A DNA stretch of 64,000 bases from Lama glama (GCA_028534125.1 CM052817.1:14820001-14884000), one strand, 5' to 3'. Counted from the stretch's first letter, positions 1 to 13,200 are shown. A program made the numbers and translations. Notes: a model not told the origin generated them from the letters alone.

Positions 1-978
1 CTGTAAAATCCGGGGAAGGCCATTTGCTTGGGGTTGATAAGACATAGTGGTGACAGGTCAGATAAGGCTCCCAACTACAAATTCTCACCACTCAAGCTGA
101 GGCTGAATCAGAACTATTGTCAGTAAGGATGGTGTCTGTCAATCTGTGTCTTGCAAAAAGTAGCTGATTGTTGCAGCAGATGTTTGAAATGTAATTATAA
201 GCACTTAGAGCCGTTTTGGAATGGAGTCTAACCCCAGAAGTTCTTTTGGTATCAGCCTGCAAAATCAATATGAATTCTTGAAGTGCATTTTGAATGCTTC
301 TGGAGCTGTTAACCTGAAGGGACCTTGGGCGAATATAAGGCCAAATAGGCCAGAATGTGGTGCCCCTCTTTTTATAGTCTTTCTATTGTCTGTACTTGTT
401 CCAGGCTACCTGACATAAATTTAAGCAAGAAGGTCATGCAAGTTCCTTCTGAACATTTTACACCCAAAATGATCTGATGACCCCTTTTCAGAAAATCAAT
501 ATTATTTCTCTATAAAATTCATCCTTTATGTAAAAATAACTCATACTGATGGCTTGAGGTCAAGTCTTTATTTCCTATCCCCACTCTTTACCTTATTTGA
601 GATATAGACTGAAGTGGGATCTTCTATAAAAGTGATTCTGAAATAGGATCAGCCAAAAGACAAACATTTAGAGGCCTTCAGACTTTGATGACAAGGGCAT
701 GATAAAAAAATCTATAATTTCTAGGCTTTCTAAGAAAATTTCTCAAAATGGAACCTCAGGCTAGTAGCCAAACTCCTGAAGCTAAACAAAACTCCTTGGT
801 GGACAACATGCTAAGAGAGCTGCTTCCCAAGAAAACTTCCTTAAACACGTGGACTTCCCCTTGCTCAGCCCTCTTTAGAGGCCATAACTCTGTTTAGGGA
901 ATTGAAGGCATAGTAGCTGCTAGCTGTGGAAGCTGAAAAGGCTAATTGGAAACAGGATGGATTTTTATCCATTCAAAT

Positions 979-1569
979 TGATACAGGAAAATGGGGCACG
1001 AGAGGATGGCCATGTCCCAGGCCCCACCGAGTCCCTGGGATGCACCCCATCAAGCGAGGGGCCTTGGCATCATGCAGGAAAGAATTCAAGAGTGAGCCAT
1101 AGTAAAGTGAAGGTAGATTTGTTCAGAGAGATACGTACTTCATAGAGTGCAGACCACCTCAGAAGGCAAGAGATGGCGACATAGGGGCCCAAGATATACT
1201 CAATATACACATTCCTTTGGCAGAATGCAGGCCATCTTACTCAGAAGGGAGAGCAGCCACAAGATGCGGGGTTGTTAGTTTTTATTGGTTTGGTAACTTT
1301 ATATGCTGACAGGTGGGAAGATTATTCCAACTACTTTGGGGAAGGGGCTGGGATACCCAGGAATTGGGTCACCACTATTTTTTTACCTTTTATGGTCACC
1401 CTCAGAACTGTCATGGTGCCTCTGGGTGTGTCATTTCCCATGCTAATGTAATACAGTGAGCGTTTAATGAAGCTCAAGGTCTACTGGGAGTTGAATATTC
1501 TGCCATCTTGGTGCTAATTGCTGTGTCATTCTTTCAGTGGTGTGCCCTGCCTCCTTCCCTTCTGTCTCA
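979..1569 (-). mobile_element. ERV1-class solo LTR
   Basis: TG...CA termini (979 TGATACAG; TGTCTCA 1569) flanked by exact 4-bp TSD AAAT (975-978, 1570-1573). Minus strand carries an ERV1-like U5 motif (GGCTCACTCTTGAATTCTTTCCTGC). Confidence 0.85.
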
Positions 1570-2288
1570 AAATAAGCTTTAGGGACACAGGCTTGGTCTC
1601 TTTCCATCTCTCACCTGAACTTTCGTCCATAGCCACTGTGAGATTACACAGCATGGCCAAGGAAATCTTAACGGTATGCTGCACAAATGGTGGTGAGATT
1701 GCATCAGCCCTCACACTGAGCAGATCATCTCAACTTGCCCCATCCACCAGAAACACAAATTTGGTAAACATGTAAAGGAGAGGCAAAGATGAGAGCCAGC
1801 GCCCTCTGGCAAATTTCTCCTTTGGTAAATGTATTGTATTCAATTCTCAAAGTTTCATAGATAGGAATATATTCTAAACCACAGTGTGCATGTTTTCGGG
1901 GTGGCTAGAAGTTTTCCCCTGCAAACAGGATATTACCACCGCCGCAGCTAGGTGTTACCACTTGGTCATCCTCTTCTCCTTGGAGAGTCTCCTCTCTAGC
2001 AGTAGAGACACTCAGTTCGCTGGCAAGTTTTTCAGGAAATTCAACAAATAATTCCACTCTCACAAAAATTGTACTCACCTTATCATTCTCAATCCTCTGG
2101 AAAAACAAAATATGCCAATTAGTCAAGTTAATCAAATTCCCGGAGGACCTCAAATTGCCTTGGCTCCTTTAGCCTGATAATCATTTGCTCTTCCCCTGTG
2201 GTACTTGTGAAATAATTACAGCAGGCCAGTGAAGATCTCTTACCCATCCTGGACCTTGGGAGACTCTTATCAGATTCAATCCAACATA

Positions 2289-2506
2289 CCATTGACCCTT
2301 GAACAACACAGGTTTGAGCTGTGAAGGACCACTTATAAGTGAAACAAATTTTTTTCAGTGAATACCTAGATTTCAGTACTACGTGGTTGGTTGAATCCAT
2401 GGATGTGAAACGTTGATATGGAGAGCTGACTGTAAAGTTATATGAGGGTTTTTGACTGCATGGAGGGTCGATGCCTTTAATTCCCACATTGTTCAAGGGT
2501 CAACTG
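2289..2506. mobile_element. Tigger2-type non-autonomous TcMar DNA transposon (MITE)
   Basis: TIRs CCATTGACCCTTGAACAA ... TTGTTCAAGGGTCAACTG with TA on both sides (2287-2288, 2507-2508). Confidence 0.85.
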
Positions 2507-2548
2507 TACTTAAATACTGCCAAGGTCTTATTAAATACCGTCATACTT

Positions 2549-2706
2549 GGGGGAGGGTATAGCTCAGTAGTAGAGTGCATGCCCAGTATGCATGAGGTCC
2601 TGGGTTGAATCCCCAGTACTGTCATTAAAAGTAAATAAGTACCCTAATTACTCCTCCCCTCAAATTAAAATAAATAAATAAGTAACTTAAAAAAAATAGA
2701 AGAAAA
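2549..2706 (+). mobile_element. tRNA-Ala-derived SINE (Vic-1-like)
   Basis: Head GGGGAGGGTATAGCTCAGTAGTAGAG with A and B boxes, CCTAATTACTCC body, A-rich tail. Degenerate ~16-bp TSD AAATACCGTCATACTT / AAATACACTCATACTT. Confidence 0.9.
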
Positions 2707-3582
2707 AATACACTCATACTTTTCACCAGCAGATCAATTCTGTCTTTCCCCCAGACGTCCCACCCCAGCCCTTACATGACCTTCAGGTTGGAAATCTAGT
2801 CTTCTAGAAAGGATAACCCTAATAGATTGATTCTGAATGACTGATTCTGAATCCAGATGGAAGGGACCCAGCTTTGTTCTAGTTACCAATGCTGCTGCAA
2901 AACTACAAGATGTACAACCTTGGGTTCATGTTGCACAATTAAAGTATATAAGCCTTTTATCAGAGATAAAAGTGGTGCTGTGTTTTTCTTACAGCTGATC
3001 CTGAAAAGGTAGAGTTGAGAAGCTTGGAGATGTCGAGAGAAGCATTAACTGTTTGGGGAATTAAGCTTCAGTTAGTGAGAAGTTGAGTTTGATGATGTAG
3101 GGGTAGATGAAATGCCAATATGAATCATTAAGGGAAAAGTCTCCCTGGGATGTGTTGAGGGGACTGACAATTGGGTGTCCATCTTGTGGTCAGGTGAGGG
3201 GTGGGTCTAGAGTGTAGGAGTAGTTTGGAAAAAACCGAGCAAATTGAACAAGGGAGTTTGTCCTTCCTGCAGTGAGCTTGCAAAGGGGGAAAGGGCAGAA
3301 AAAAGAGGGGAAAAGTCATTGTAAGGTGTTGGATAAGGGAGCAGTTGGATCAGAGGCTGATGGAAAGGAAGAAATAATATGACAGAGCAAACAAAGCAAA
3401 AAGAAGACAGATTACGCAGAGAGATCCTGGAGGATCTTGTTCTAGCATCTTGGGTAGAAACTGACCCTTTTGTGATGCCTGTTCTGTGGGTCTTGGGAAA
3501 GCATTCTGCTTGGTACTGTTGCCTGCTTCATGGAGCTCTTGAAAGAACCTCAGTTTCAAGTCTTATGTTAGAGTGGATTTCT

Positions 3583-3715
3583 TGTATTTGTTTTCTGAGG
3601 GGGAAGTAATTAGGTTTCTTCATTGATTTCTGCTTGGAAGAGGTACCAGGGATTGAACCTGGGACCTCTTGGGTACTGAGCATGTGCTCTACCACTTAAG
3701 CTATACTTTTCCCCC
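3583..3715 (-). mobile_element. tRNA-Ala-derived SINE (Vic-1-like)
   Basis: Reverse-complement SINE head. Exact 16-bp TSD GTTAGAGTGGATTTCT at 3567-3582 and 3716-3731. Confidence 0.9.
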
Positions 3716-4839
3716 GTTAGAGTGGATTTCTGTGGAGGGTAAGGATATCATTTTTTCCTCCAACACTTTTCACCTAGCCTTACAAACCTTAAATCTAAGC
3801 AAGACTCTGCCTTCTGGAGAGAGACATCCATGGTTAACTCCAGATATAATTACTACAGCCCCAAACTACCTGTCTTCCCCCCATCCCTGCCACGGGTTAT
3901 TACTATTTATTGTCATCAATAAGCCTCCATCTGCCTGCCTACACCCATTTTTCCTTGGTCTCTGGAGACCTTATATGGGCCTTCCGCTTATTGAAAATCA
4001 CTAGCCCACCTGTTGACCATGTGTCCTCCTGGAGACTTAAATAATTACTTCCAAATGAGGCAATTACAGGATATTAAGGAAAACTAGGGGAAGTCATCAA
4101 TTCTCTCTTTATGTGTGCTCTGAGGGTCATTATATACCCACTATGAGAATTATATAATTTGAAAAGGTGGTTAGAAATCTCTCTGTAACCCATAAAGAAG
4201 TAAATAAATGATATAATTTCTGCCTTAGAAGCACAGCAAATAAGCTTAAACTCACTGACCAGTGTTGTTATGGACAATCACATAAGTCTTGACTTCCTCC
4301 CGGCTGGTTTGGGAGGTATCTGCATCATAGCCAATACTTCTTGCTGCACCTGGGTTAACATCACAGACCAAGTAGTGTAGTCAATCACTAAACTCAATGA
4401 TAAGGCTGCTTGACTCTTTAAGGTTGATCCAAATGGCCTATGGGACATGATCTCCTGGTTAGGAAATGGAAAGATAGGATCTTGGCTTTGAAATATGTTG
4501 CAAAGATTACCAACCCCTGTGCTTTTAATCTTATGCCTTGTAGTGGGGCAATGCATCTTGTCCAGAGTCCTAAATACTATCATGCAGCCATCATCTTGAA
4601 AAATGATTCAACAATGTGTCATGATCCATCAGACTTAAGAACAGCTCAGCTTAACAACAGACTTAACAACTTGTGTTAGAGTGTATGTCCATGCAAAAGC
4701 TGAATTTGAGTTGATAGCTTCACATACCAAGATCGAATTTGGACTGACAATGGTGTAAATCTGGACATTCTCCATCTTCTTGTTTCCAGATGTAATTATT
4801 TAAGGACAACCTATGGTTGTCTTCAACAAGAGGGAAAGG

Positions 4840-5341
4840 AAGTATGACAAGGCCAAACACACAGCTTTCCCCCATTGCCTAAACCTGCTAACAAGGCCAG
4901 ACACAGACCCTTCCCCTTTTGCCCCTCACTAACTTTACATTCTGTGTCTCATGAGTGATTAGCTAAGATTAAAATACGTGTCCTTGGGGGAAGAGTATGG
5001 CTCAAATGGCAGTGTGTGCTTAGCATGCACAAGGTCCTGGGTTCAATACCCAGTACCTCCATTTAAAAAAATTAATTAATAAAAAAATTAAAACAAAAAC
5101 ATGTTCTCTGAAACTAGCTAGACACAGAGATAAACATTTCCCTGTTCAGTTGACCAACTTCCCTTCAGTGCAGAACAACTCCAACTGTAAATCACCCATC
5201 TGTAACTTGTCTACTACTCCCTTTAAAATTCTAAGGCAAAACTGCCCTGATAAGAAACTTTGATCTTCAGATCAGAATGTTCTCCCTATTTCAGTAGTAT
5301 GAATGAAATTAATCTTGCTGGTCCAGTTTTTATCTTTGACA
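4840..5341 (+). mobile_element. MER34-like ERV1 LTR, interrupted by a SINE
   Basis: Ends in CCAGTTTTTATCTTTGACA, resembling MER34-type LTR 3' ends. The 5' boundary is uncertain. Confidence 0.55.
4986..5095 (+). mobile_element. tRNA-Ala-derived SINE (Vic-1-like, short form)
   Basis: Head GGGGAAGAGTATGGCTCAAATGG...GGTTCAATACCCAGTACCTCC followed directly by an A-rich tail. Lacks the CCTAATTACC segment of the other copies. Confidence 0.88.
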
Positions 5342-8249
5342 GGTCTTAGGCAGGTGGGAATGAACATTTCATCTTTCTTTGGCTTTTGTCCCCAAAGAAT
5401 CTAGTCATGTGTTAGCATATATTTCCAGGTACTCAGGAGAAAATGACCTTTGTTCCATGGAGGCAAATCTGGGGCTAGGAAGGGACTAGCAATGAGTCAA
5501 GGACAAATTTCTACAAGGAAGCCTCAGGAGGAGGTAGATTATATAGTGTAATATTGATTATTTTGTAGCAAGTTACTTTTGCTATGTTTATCCCTGTTAG
5601 TATCCTCAGGACCTTAGCACTCAGTAAATTATTTTTAATTTTTCAACCTGGTTTTAGCTGCATTATGGAGAATTAAAGGATGAGTCCTGTTTATCATTGT
5701 GGAAGAAAATGTCAAAGAAGGAGCAGCATTCTCTTTAAGTAGGAGGGGAAATTAATATGAGATGCTGTTTCTCTAAGAACAGTACCAAAGTCTCTGAGAT
5801 CTGACTCTCCCCATCAGATAGTCTTCCTAAGTTGTCGATTTGGGCTGAGATGGGTTTGGATTTTATTACAAGTCAAAATGATTTTCTTACATAAGAAAAG
5901 AACAGAGGTGGTGGCCCCTTAAGTGGAATTTTTTTTTGTTTCATTTTGTTTTGTTTTGTTTTTTTGTATTTTAGGAAAGTCAAGACCAGGCATCCAATCA
6001 GTAAGGAAAAGTCAGTGGTTTGGAAACATGCTCTGACTGTTAAGGAGACTGACAGGTTGTACAAGATAAATGTGGAACAGATGGTCAGATAATTGGGAAT
6101 CTGTGGCCTATTGACAGAGGAAGATTGTCAACGCTAACAGCTGGGTTGGTCAGGTAAGGCAGTGGAAATGGGCTGCTGTGGGAGACATTCACAATAACCA
6201 GTATCTTCACTGGAGGCTGTAGACTGAGTTGGTTTGGGAATCGGTAAGAGCCTCACTTCAGGAGTTAGTTCTCCCATGATTTAAGAGACTGAATCCTCCA
6301 GGTGAATTGGATTCTAAGCTGAAATGCTAACAACCTAAGGAAAGCTTGGAATTTTCTTTTTACTTCAAGGGTAGGTGAAATATATATTGCATGAGCCTTG
6401 AGTAAGGGTGAACAGTAGCCATATTGATATTATCACTAAAGGAAGTGAAATTTTCTTTGGATTTTCCCACTTAGATAACTGATATGGCACAATGATTTAG
6501 GACCTCTTGAATGCCTCTGTAATTCATCATCTGTCAATACCGGAAATATGGTGTAGAAATATGAGCTTAAAGTTAACAAGTAGAAGCAGTAAACTCTTAA
6601 GCTTTAAACTGCTGCTCTTAGGGAGAATGTTTAATAATGTTAATAACAATGACATCTCAGAAATGCTTTATAATACAGAGGAAGGAAAAAAAACATTTCT
6701 GAGTTCTAAGACTAGGAGCAAGCATTAGATGGAAAGAATTAGATGAAAGATCCAACCTTTTACTATAGTTGATGATGCGTCTCCATTAACCATCTGAAAT
6801 TTGAGCAAGTACAGATGCAGAGACTGGAAGTTCTCGCTCCATACTCATTGTTCTACACAATTGGCAAGAAGTCTCTGATGAAGGATATTGAGAATTAAGT
6901 AGGGCCACACCTTTGTAAACACAGGAAAGAAGATTGGCAGAACTCCAAAATGAAGAAGAAAGATAGCTAATAAATCATATTCAGAGTCTCTTTACAGGTA
7001 TCTTAACCACGAACCTGGGAGACTAACTAAACACTATATAGAAGACATTACGTTAAACCAAATATGTATATAGAGAGATTATCTATCTGTCTCTCATTAT
7101 GTAGCTTATCTACCTATTTAAAACTTACATGAAGACGCCTTTTCTAATTTGAAGATTAAAGTGATGAAGGTTGAGAACTGAAACTACCAATTCTTACCCC
7201 CAGCTTGGATGTTGAGGAGTTAAAAATGCTTGTTCTCCTCACTCCCCACAGCAGTTTACTTTAATATGACTTTACTATTCCACTGCCTTCATTGGCATGG
7301 CTTTCAAAAGACCCATCAATTATTCAATAAAAAGCATCAACAGAGTTTGCACTCAAAGATTTTTATAATGTCTTGCCTCAAAAATCCTTGCCTGTTTGTT
7401 TCAACAATCCTTAACTGTTATATCTTACTTCTTACATAATTCTTATCAGACCTAAAGTAAAGAACTAAATGTCCAATTCTCAATTCTCAACTGATTAATT
7501 CTGATTTTATTCCTCTAATGAGACATTACCAAAATGTTGCAGAGGCTTGTTCTCCATTTATATGGTAGGCAATATACTTAGCTTTGCCCTACCCACAAGT
7601 TGTATTTGGGGATATTTGACGAGCCAATCTTCAAGAAGTTCTTTTTTTAGTTGTTTTGCATAGAATAAAATTACACTTTTAGCTTTTAAGAACATGTATA
7701 AACGACTGATTTGTGCTGGCCTCTTTAAACAATGAATTATAACTTCTCTCTACACACTTAAAAGGCAGCTTCCAACAGCAACAGCTGTATTATCATTGTA
7801 ATCTTGAGAAATAGATGATGAATGTTCTCAGTAACCTTGGTATAGGATCTTACAAGAATATATGACAGGCAGTATATTTATTATTTTTGTTGGCACCCCA
7901 TGATCAGAGTTGACTTCTTTCTTGCCCTGATGTTCATTTATTACGTGGGCTCTCTTTTATTCCTGATTCTCTGGAGGTTCACTGTTGGGTGAATGACTGA
8001 GATCACCTGATGCCACAATGTGTAAAATGCCATGACAGTTCCTGAACTCTTCCTCATGGAGTTTGGATCGCATGTCCTCTTGAAGTGGCCCTTGTTTCAA
8101 AAGAAAATGTAGTTGTGCCTCCAAGCAGAGAATTAGTATAAGTATCTGAATTTGAGCAGAACTACAGGGCTGAGATGCTAAGGAGCACATGACTCCTGTG
8201 TGCTGGTATTCTACTAGTATGGTTTCCTTATCTCTGTGTTAAAAACCAC

Positions 8250-8450
8250 TTTTAGCATTTATGGCTGAAATGATATGATGTCTGCAATTTGTGTCAAATG
8301 GTCTGGTGGGGGTTGGGGTATAGGATTTATAGACGAAATAAAATTAGCCTTGAAGATGATAATTTCAAAGCTAAGTGATAGATACATGAGATTTTAGTGT
8401 ACTTTTTCTCTACTTTTGTATATATTTGAAAATTTCCATAATATAAAGTA
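8250..8450 (+). mobile_element. Old L1M (L1MC/ME-like) 3' end
   Basis: Ends with TCTACTTTTGTATATATTTGAAAATTTCCATAATATAAAG, a typical ancient L1 3' terminus. Confidence 0.75.
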
Positions 8451-8796
8451 GACAAAACACTACCTGCTATTTAGAAGCTGTTCCTAACAGGTATACTGAT
8501 TAGGAATTGTCTTAGTGTGTTCAAAAGTTCAAATCTGGTACCATCAAGAGATACCACTTCAGGGATTGAATTGGGATTGGAGAACAACGCTGAGGCTCTA
8601 ACGAGAAAAAGAAAAAGTGAAAACACTATAGGGCTATTGAATATTTTTATTACATTAAAATTTCAGAATAAAAGAATACCACTTCAAAGTCTCCCAGCTT
8701 TTATCTTGTCACCCAGTGTTGAGTCATTTTTATGGCATGAAATGGGAACCCTCACGATGTTCAATTGAAAGAACATTGCTCAATGGTTCACACTAG

Positions 8797-8975
8797 AGTG
8801 GAGGTCCGCAAACTTTTTTATAAAGGTTCTGATAGTAAATATTTTCCACTTTGCATATGGTTTCTGTCACAATTGCTTAACTCTGCCATTGTCGTACAAA
8901 AATAGTCATAGACAATCTGTAAACAAATGGATGTGCCTGAATGTGGACTGCGGGCTGTCATTTGCCAACTCTCTG
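8797..8975 (+). mobile_element. MER58A-like hAT-Charlie element
   Basis: GGTCCGCAAACTTTTT...GATAGTAAATATTTT...CTCTGCCATTGT...TTTGCCAACTCTCTG matches the recalled MER58A layout with TIRs. Confidence 0.8.
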
Positions 8976-8989
8976 ATCAATACATGACC

Positions 8990-9200
8990 TCAGGAATTAG
9001 ACATGTCTGAGTTTGTTTCCTTATTTTTCTACTTGTTAACTGTGTGGCCTTGGGCAAATCACTTAACCATTGATTGACTTCTACTTTCCTCACTTATTAA
9101 TGTGGTATTTTAGTGTCTGCTTCATATGACTGTGGAGAAGGATTAGTACACACAAAGCACTTAACAGAGTGTCTAGGGTTCCTTTAAGTGCTAAGGAACT
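8990..9200 (+). mobile_element. MIR SINE
   Basis: Core CTGTGTGGCCTTGGGCAAATCACTTAACC and 3' AAAGCACTTAACAGAGTG. Confidence 0.75.
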
Positions 9201-9859
9201 ATCATGTACTGTTAATCAATCCTCTTGGTATCACAGAATTTATTTCTCATCTAGTTAACATACATTTAATCATTTTCAGAGTGCAGTAGATTTCGTCATT
9301 TAAGGAAATGAAATCCAAGTGTGAAATATCTAAGAATTATTCTAACTAGTTTTTTCATCTTTGTTGTCATCATCTTGTTGAGGTTCTAGTTGGCTGATAA
9401 GTAATACTCTTTTCTCCATCCCCAACCCCCAATTTTCTCCTCAATGACAGAGATACAAGAGTCAGACTTAGATGGAGATCAGAATACCAGCTTTATTGTT
9501 GATAAAACTGAACTGAAGAATATGCTTTAATCTGTGGCCACCAGGGCCTTCTAATACCCTCCTACATTAGGTCATTGTGCCCACTCAGTGATAAGCAGTG
9601 TTGAACAACTGTGTGCCTCCCCTTTGCAGGAACCAAACCTGCCCCAATAAGCTTTCTGCTTTGTGGAAGAGGCCACCAGAATGCAAGTGCCCTTCAAATA
9701 GGCTGGTTGCAAAAAAGAAAAGGATCTGATCTGGACAAGACCACTTCCTTCTCCCATGTACATGAATAAGGTAAATGAGAAGAGGGAGAGAGGCCAAGAA
9801 TGTTGCTATAGCTGCAGTCTCTCTCCAGGGAAATGCAGGAGGATTTCCACTAACACGTA

Positions 9860-10060
9860 ACACAAAGCCACCTATGCAAGGTGCTACAATTAGCCTGCAA
9901 GATCTTCATAACAGCTCTTTGAGGCAGTATTATGAGGCAGTAAACAAGACTCAGAGAGAGAGAGTGAAACAGGTTCCCCAAGAGCCGCAGTGCGAGAGTG
10001 GTAGAGCCAGCATTCAAATCCGTGTTCAGCTCCCTGCCTCCAAAGCTCAGAGAGCTCTTT
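9860..10060 (-). mobile_element. MIR SINE
   Basis: ATCTTCATAACAGCTCTTTGAGG...GTGGTAGAGCCAGCATTCAAATCC...CTCCAAAGCTC, antisense MIR motifs. Confidence 0.65.
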
Positions 10061-11539
10061 CTAGCAAATCTGGACCTTCTGGAAAGAAAACAACCAAGAG
10101 CAAAGCAGTAATATGAATTAATTCAGTTTCTACCTTGAGTTTGTACACTCTTATTGCTGTATACCTGTCACCACATTTGTTCTAGATGTTTCAAATGGAC
10201 ATGCTTATTAATCCACTTGTGGATTTTGCCTGCAATCTACATCTGCCCCTTGAAAAAATACATACATACATTTCTGATTTTTTAAAAGACAGAACAACGT
10301 AGAGCTGCCTTCAATATTCTGGCTTCTGCCCCTTTCTTCATATAAAATAGTGGTGCTGAGATTCCATCTACAAATTCCTTCAGCTTCCAAGGATGTAATT
10401 TGCTTGGTCTTAGAGACTTAAATTCACTTAAAGTGGCTGTGTGCCCTTTTTTGCTATCTTCTCAACTATCTTGAGCTATAATTCCTCTTTTAAAATTAGA
10501 GCTTTCTAACTTGAAGGAGTCCAAATAGAAATATTTTAGTGTTCTATCACCTGTTAACGTTATATTCTTTAAACAGTATACCATCCCATCATTTTTTTCT
10601 TGCCCCTAACAGTTGAAAAATCCCTTTCTGTCATCCTAAATGCCCCGAGATACCCTGATTCACTTAGTCTTTTACCTTGCTGAGTATTCTTAGAGGTTCT
10701 TCTTACTACTTTATAGTCACCTTCCAGTCTTAAAACATTACATCCTAAGGTAGATGCAATGGTAATTCTACACAGGGCTGTGTATCATGTCTTTTGAGCC
10801 ACTTTCAGTATGTGGTATTTGTATTGAAGGGCAATTTGTATCAAATTGTTAGGCTCCATAAAAAAATGAGTAAGATTTTCTGACATTTTGATAAAATGCT
10901 GTTTCCTTAAATAGCCAGACATTTTGACGTTCTATCAAAACAACCAACAAGATTGCCTTGCATGATTTGTTTTTATACTTTTAATTCAGTTGCTTTCCCG
11001 ACTGCTACAAATTCTTTCCATGTTAAATCTGTTGTTCTGCTAGATAATGTTAGTTTTAGCAGGGAGTAGTTATCAAAATTTTGGTGCATTTTAGGGAATT
11101 TGGTTTGGATTGCCCTTCAAGTGCAAAATTGATGCTACTGACCCGCCATTAGTAGGACACGAAATTTGAGTTATTTCCCCCGTGTTGGTGATGGATGGTG
11201 CTGCCAGAGCTGCTGGCACACCCTTTCGCATTACCCATTGTGACTAATCGCATGCATTTGCAAGATGATTAGCCAAGGTTAGGGGTACAGTCTGTGATTA
11301 TGAAACAGATTTTTTTTCTTTATGTGAAAAATTACTAGCTTATCATAGCATTAAATTATAATTTTGCTCCATATCCTAACCAGTGGTTGGTTGTTAATAG
11401 CAATTTATATTCTTATGGCTATTTATGTGTTGTTTGCTACACATTTCCTGAGTACAGCCCTGTCCCATCCTCATTTTCCTCCCATTAAATGCTTACAGCT
11501 TTCAAATGTACCAATTCTACTGCAGAAGGACCAGAAACT

Positions 11540-13200
11540 CATTCGTTCGACAAATTGAGTGCTTACTATGTATTAAGCTCTGTTCTAGTGCTGGCGATAT
11601 AGCAGTGAATAAATCAGTCCTTTCCTTCCTGGAGCTTTTATTTTAGTAAGAGGAGAAGGGCAGTACACTAATATACAAGTAAAGGTACAGGTCACATGTT
11701 ATAAATAGGGAGACAAATAAAATATGGAGGAGAAGTAGGACGTGCCAGGGAAGGAAACCTTATAGGGTCATCGAGCAGACTTGAGTGGTAAGGAGACTTT
11801 TGAGCAGAGACTGAAAAGAATAAAGGAGAAAACCATGTGGATATTTGAGGAAAAGTCTTCCAAGCAGATGAAACAGCAAGTGCAAATACTCTGAAAAGAG
11901 GAGGATGTTTGCATGCTCAGAAACAGCCAGGAGACCAGTGTGAAGCCAAGACATGAGAGAAAGACTCACAGGAGATAAAGTCAGACAGCTAAGAAGGGGG
12001 CTGATTACATAGGATCATATTGGCAATTGCAAAATTTTGGCTTTTACTGCAAGTTAGATTGGAAGCCACTGGATGATTTTAAGTGGAGGTGTGCCTTGAT
12101 CTGACTTACAACAGTCAGTTTCACTGCTATTTCAGAATAGGCTTTAGCAAGATGTGTTAGTTATCTATTGCCTTGTAACAAATTGTCTCAAAATTTAGCA
12201 AGTTCAAATAACACACATTTGTTGTCACATAGATTCTGTGGGTCAGGAATTTAGGCACAGCTTCGCTGGGGCCTGTGCTTTAGGGTCTCCTAGTGCTTGC
12301 AGTCAAGGTGTTGCCCAGGGCCTCAGTAACCTCAAGGTTAACTAGGTTGGGATCTGCCTCCAAATTCACTCATTGATTGTCAGGAGAGTTCAGTTCCTTC
12401 TGGGCTGTTGGAATGAGTGCCTTGGTTATTTGCTGACTGATGGCCAGAGGCCGTTGTCTGTTCTTTGCTAGGTAGTCCTCTCCATCAGAGCAGGCATGCA
12501 GATCCAGAGACAGAAATCTCAGCAAGGTGAAAGTCAAAGTCTTTTGTAACATCCCATTGCTTTTACTGTGTTTGGTTCACTAAGAGCAGTCGTAAGGTCC
12601 AGCACACATTGGAGAGGAGAGTATTACCTGAGGGCATGGCTACCAGGAAGTGGGGTCGCTGGGAGCCGTGCCAGCAACAGCAATCACAGGAGGCTAGGAC
12701 AGACACAAGGAGATCAGTTAGGATGCTACTGGTGTATTGGTAATGGCTATCGATACTTCTGTTGGCAATTTATGGTGTCGGGTGCAAAATTGTTCCCCAA
12801 ACCCTTCTTCCTATATATTTTGAAGTTCAAATGAATGATATTTACTTGAGACATTGGATATGGAATGTGAGAGAAAGGTGAATCAAGGATGACTCTTAAG
12901 GTTTCTGATATGAGCCACTGGAAAGGTGGACTTGCCCTTTTCTGAAATAGAAGAAACTCTGCAAGGAGAAAATTTTGTCAGGGGAGGAAGGAATTAAGAG
13001 TTAAGTTTTGAACATGTTGACGTTGAGTTGCCTCTTTGACATCCAGGTGAGGTGTTGATTTGGCAGTGGGCTATAGGAGTCTAGAGCTCAGGGTAGAGGT
13101 TAGAGCTGTAAATAAAATTTTGAAAGTCATCACTATTTACATTGTATTTAAAGCTGTGATGCTAGGTACAATCACTAAGTGAGAGTGTATGCTGGAAATT
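11540..13200 (-). mobile_element. L2 LINE 3' region, split by an MLT1 LTR
   Basis: Starts with the L2 tail ATTCGTTCGACAAATTGAGTGCTTACTATG. L2 motifs (GGAAGCCACTGGATGATTTTAAG; TTTTGAACATGTTGACGTTGAG) lie on both sides of 12153-12680. Confidence 0.8.
12153..12680 (-). mobile_element. MLT1 (F/G-like) MaLR LTR
   Basis: TGTGTTAGTTATCTATTGCC...ACAAATT...CTGTGGGTCAGGAATTTAGG, antisense MLT1 3' end. Confidence 0.8.

Noticed and set aside
2549..2625. tRNA-Ala gene (and the four similar heads)
   Set aside because: The stems are mutated, and each head is followed by an A-rich tail and mostly flanked by TSDs. These are SINEs, not tRNA genes.
4630..4680. Imperfect CTTAACAACAG repeats
   Set aside because: Only about three degenerate units with no spacer structure. 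This is neither CRISPR-like nor a convincing RNA hairpin.
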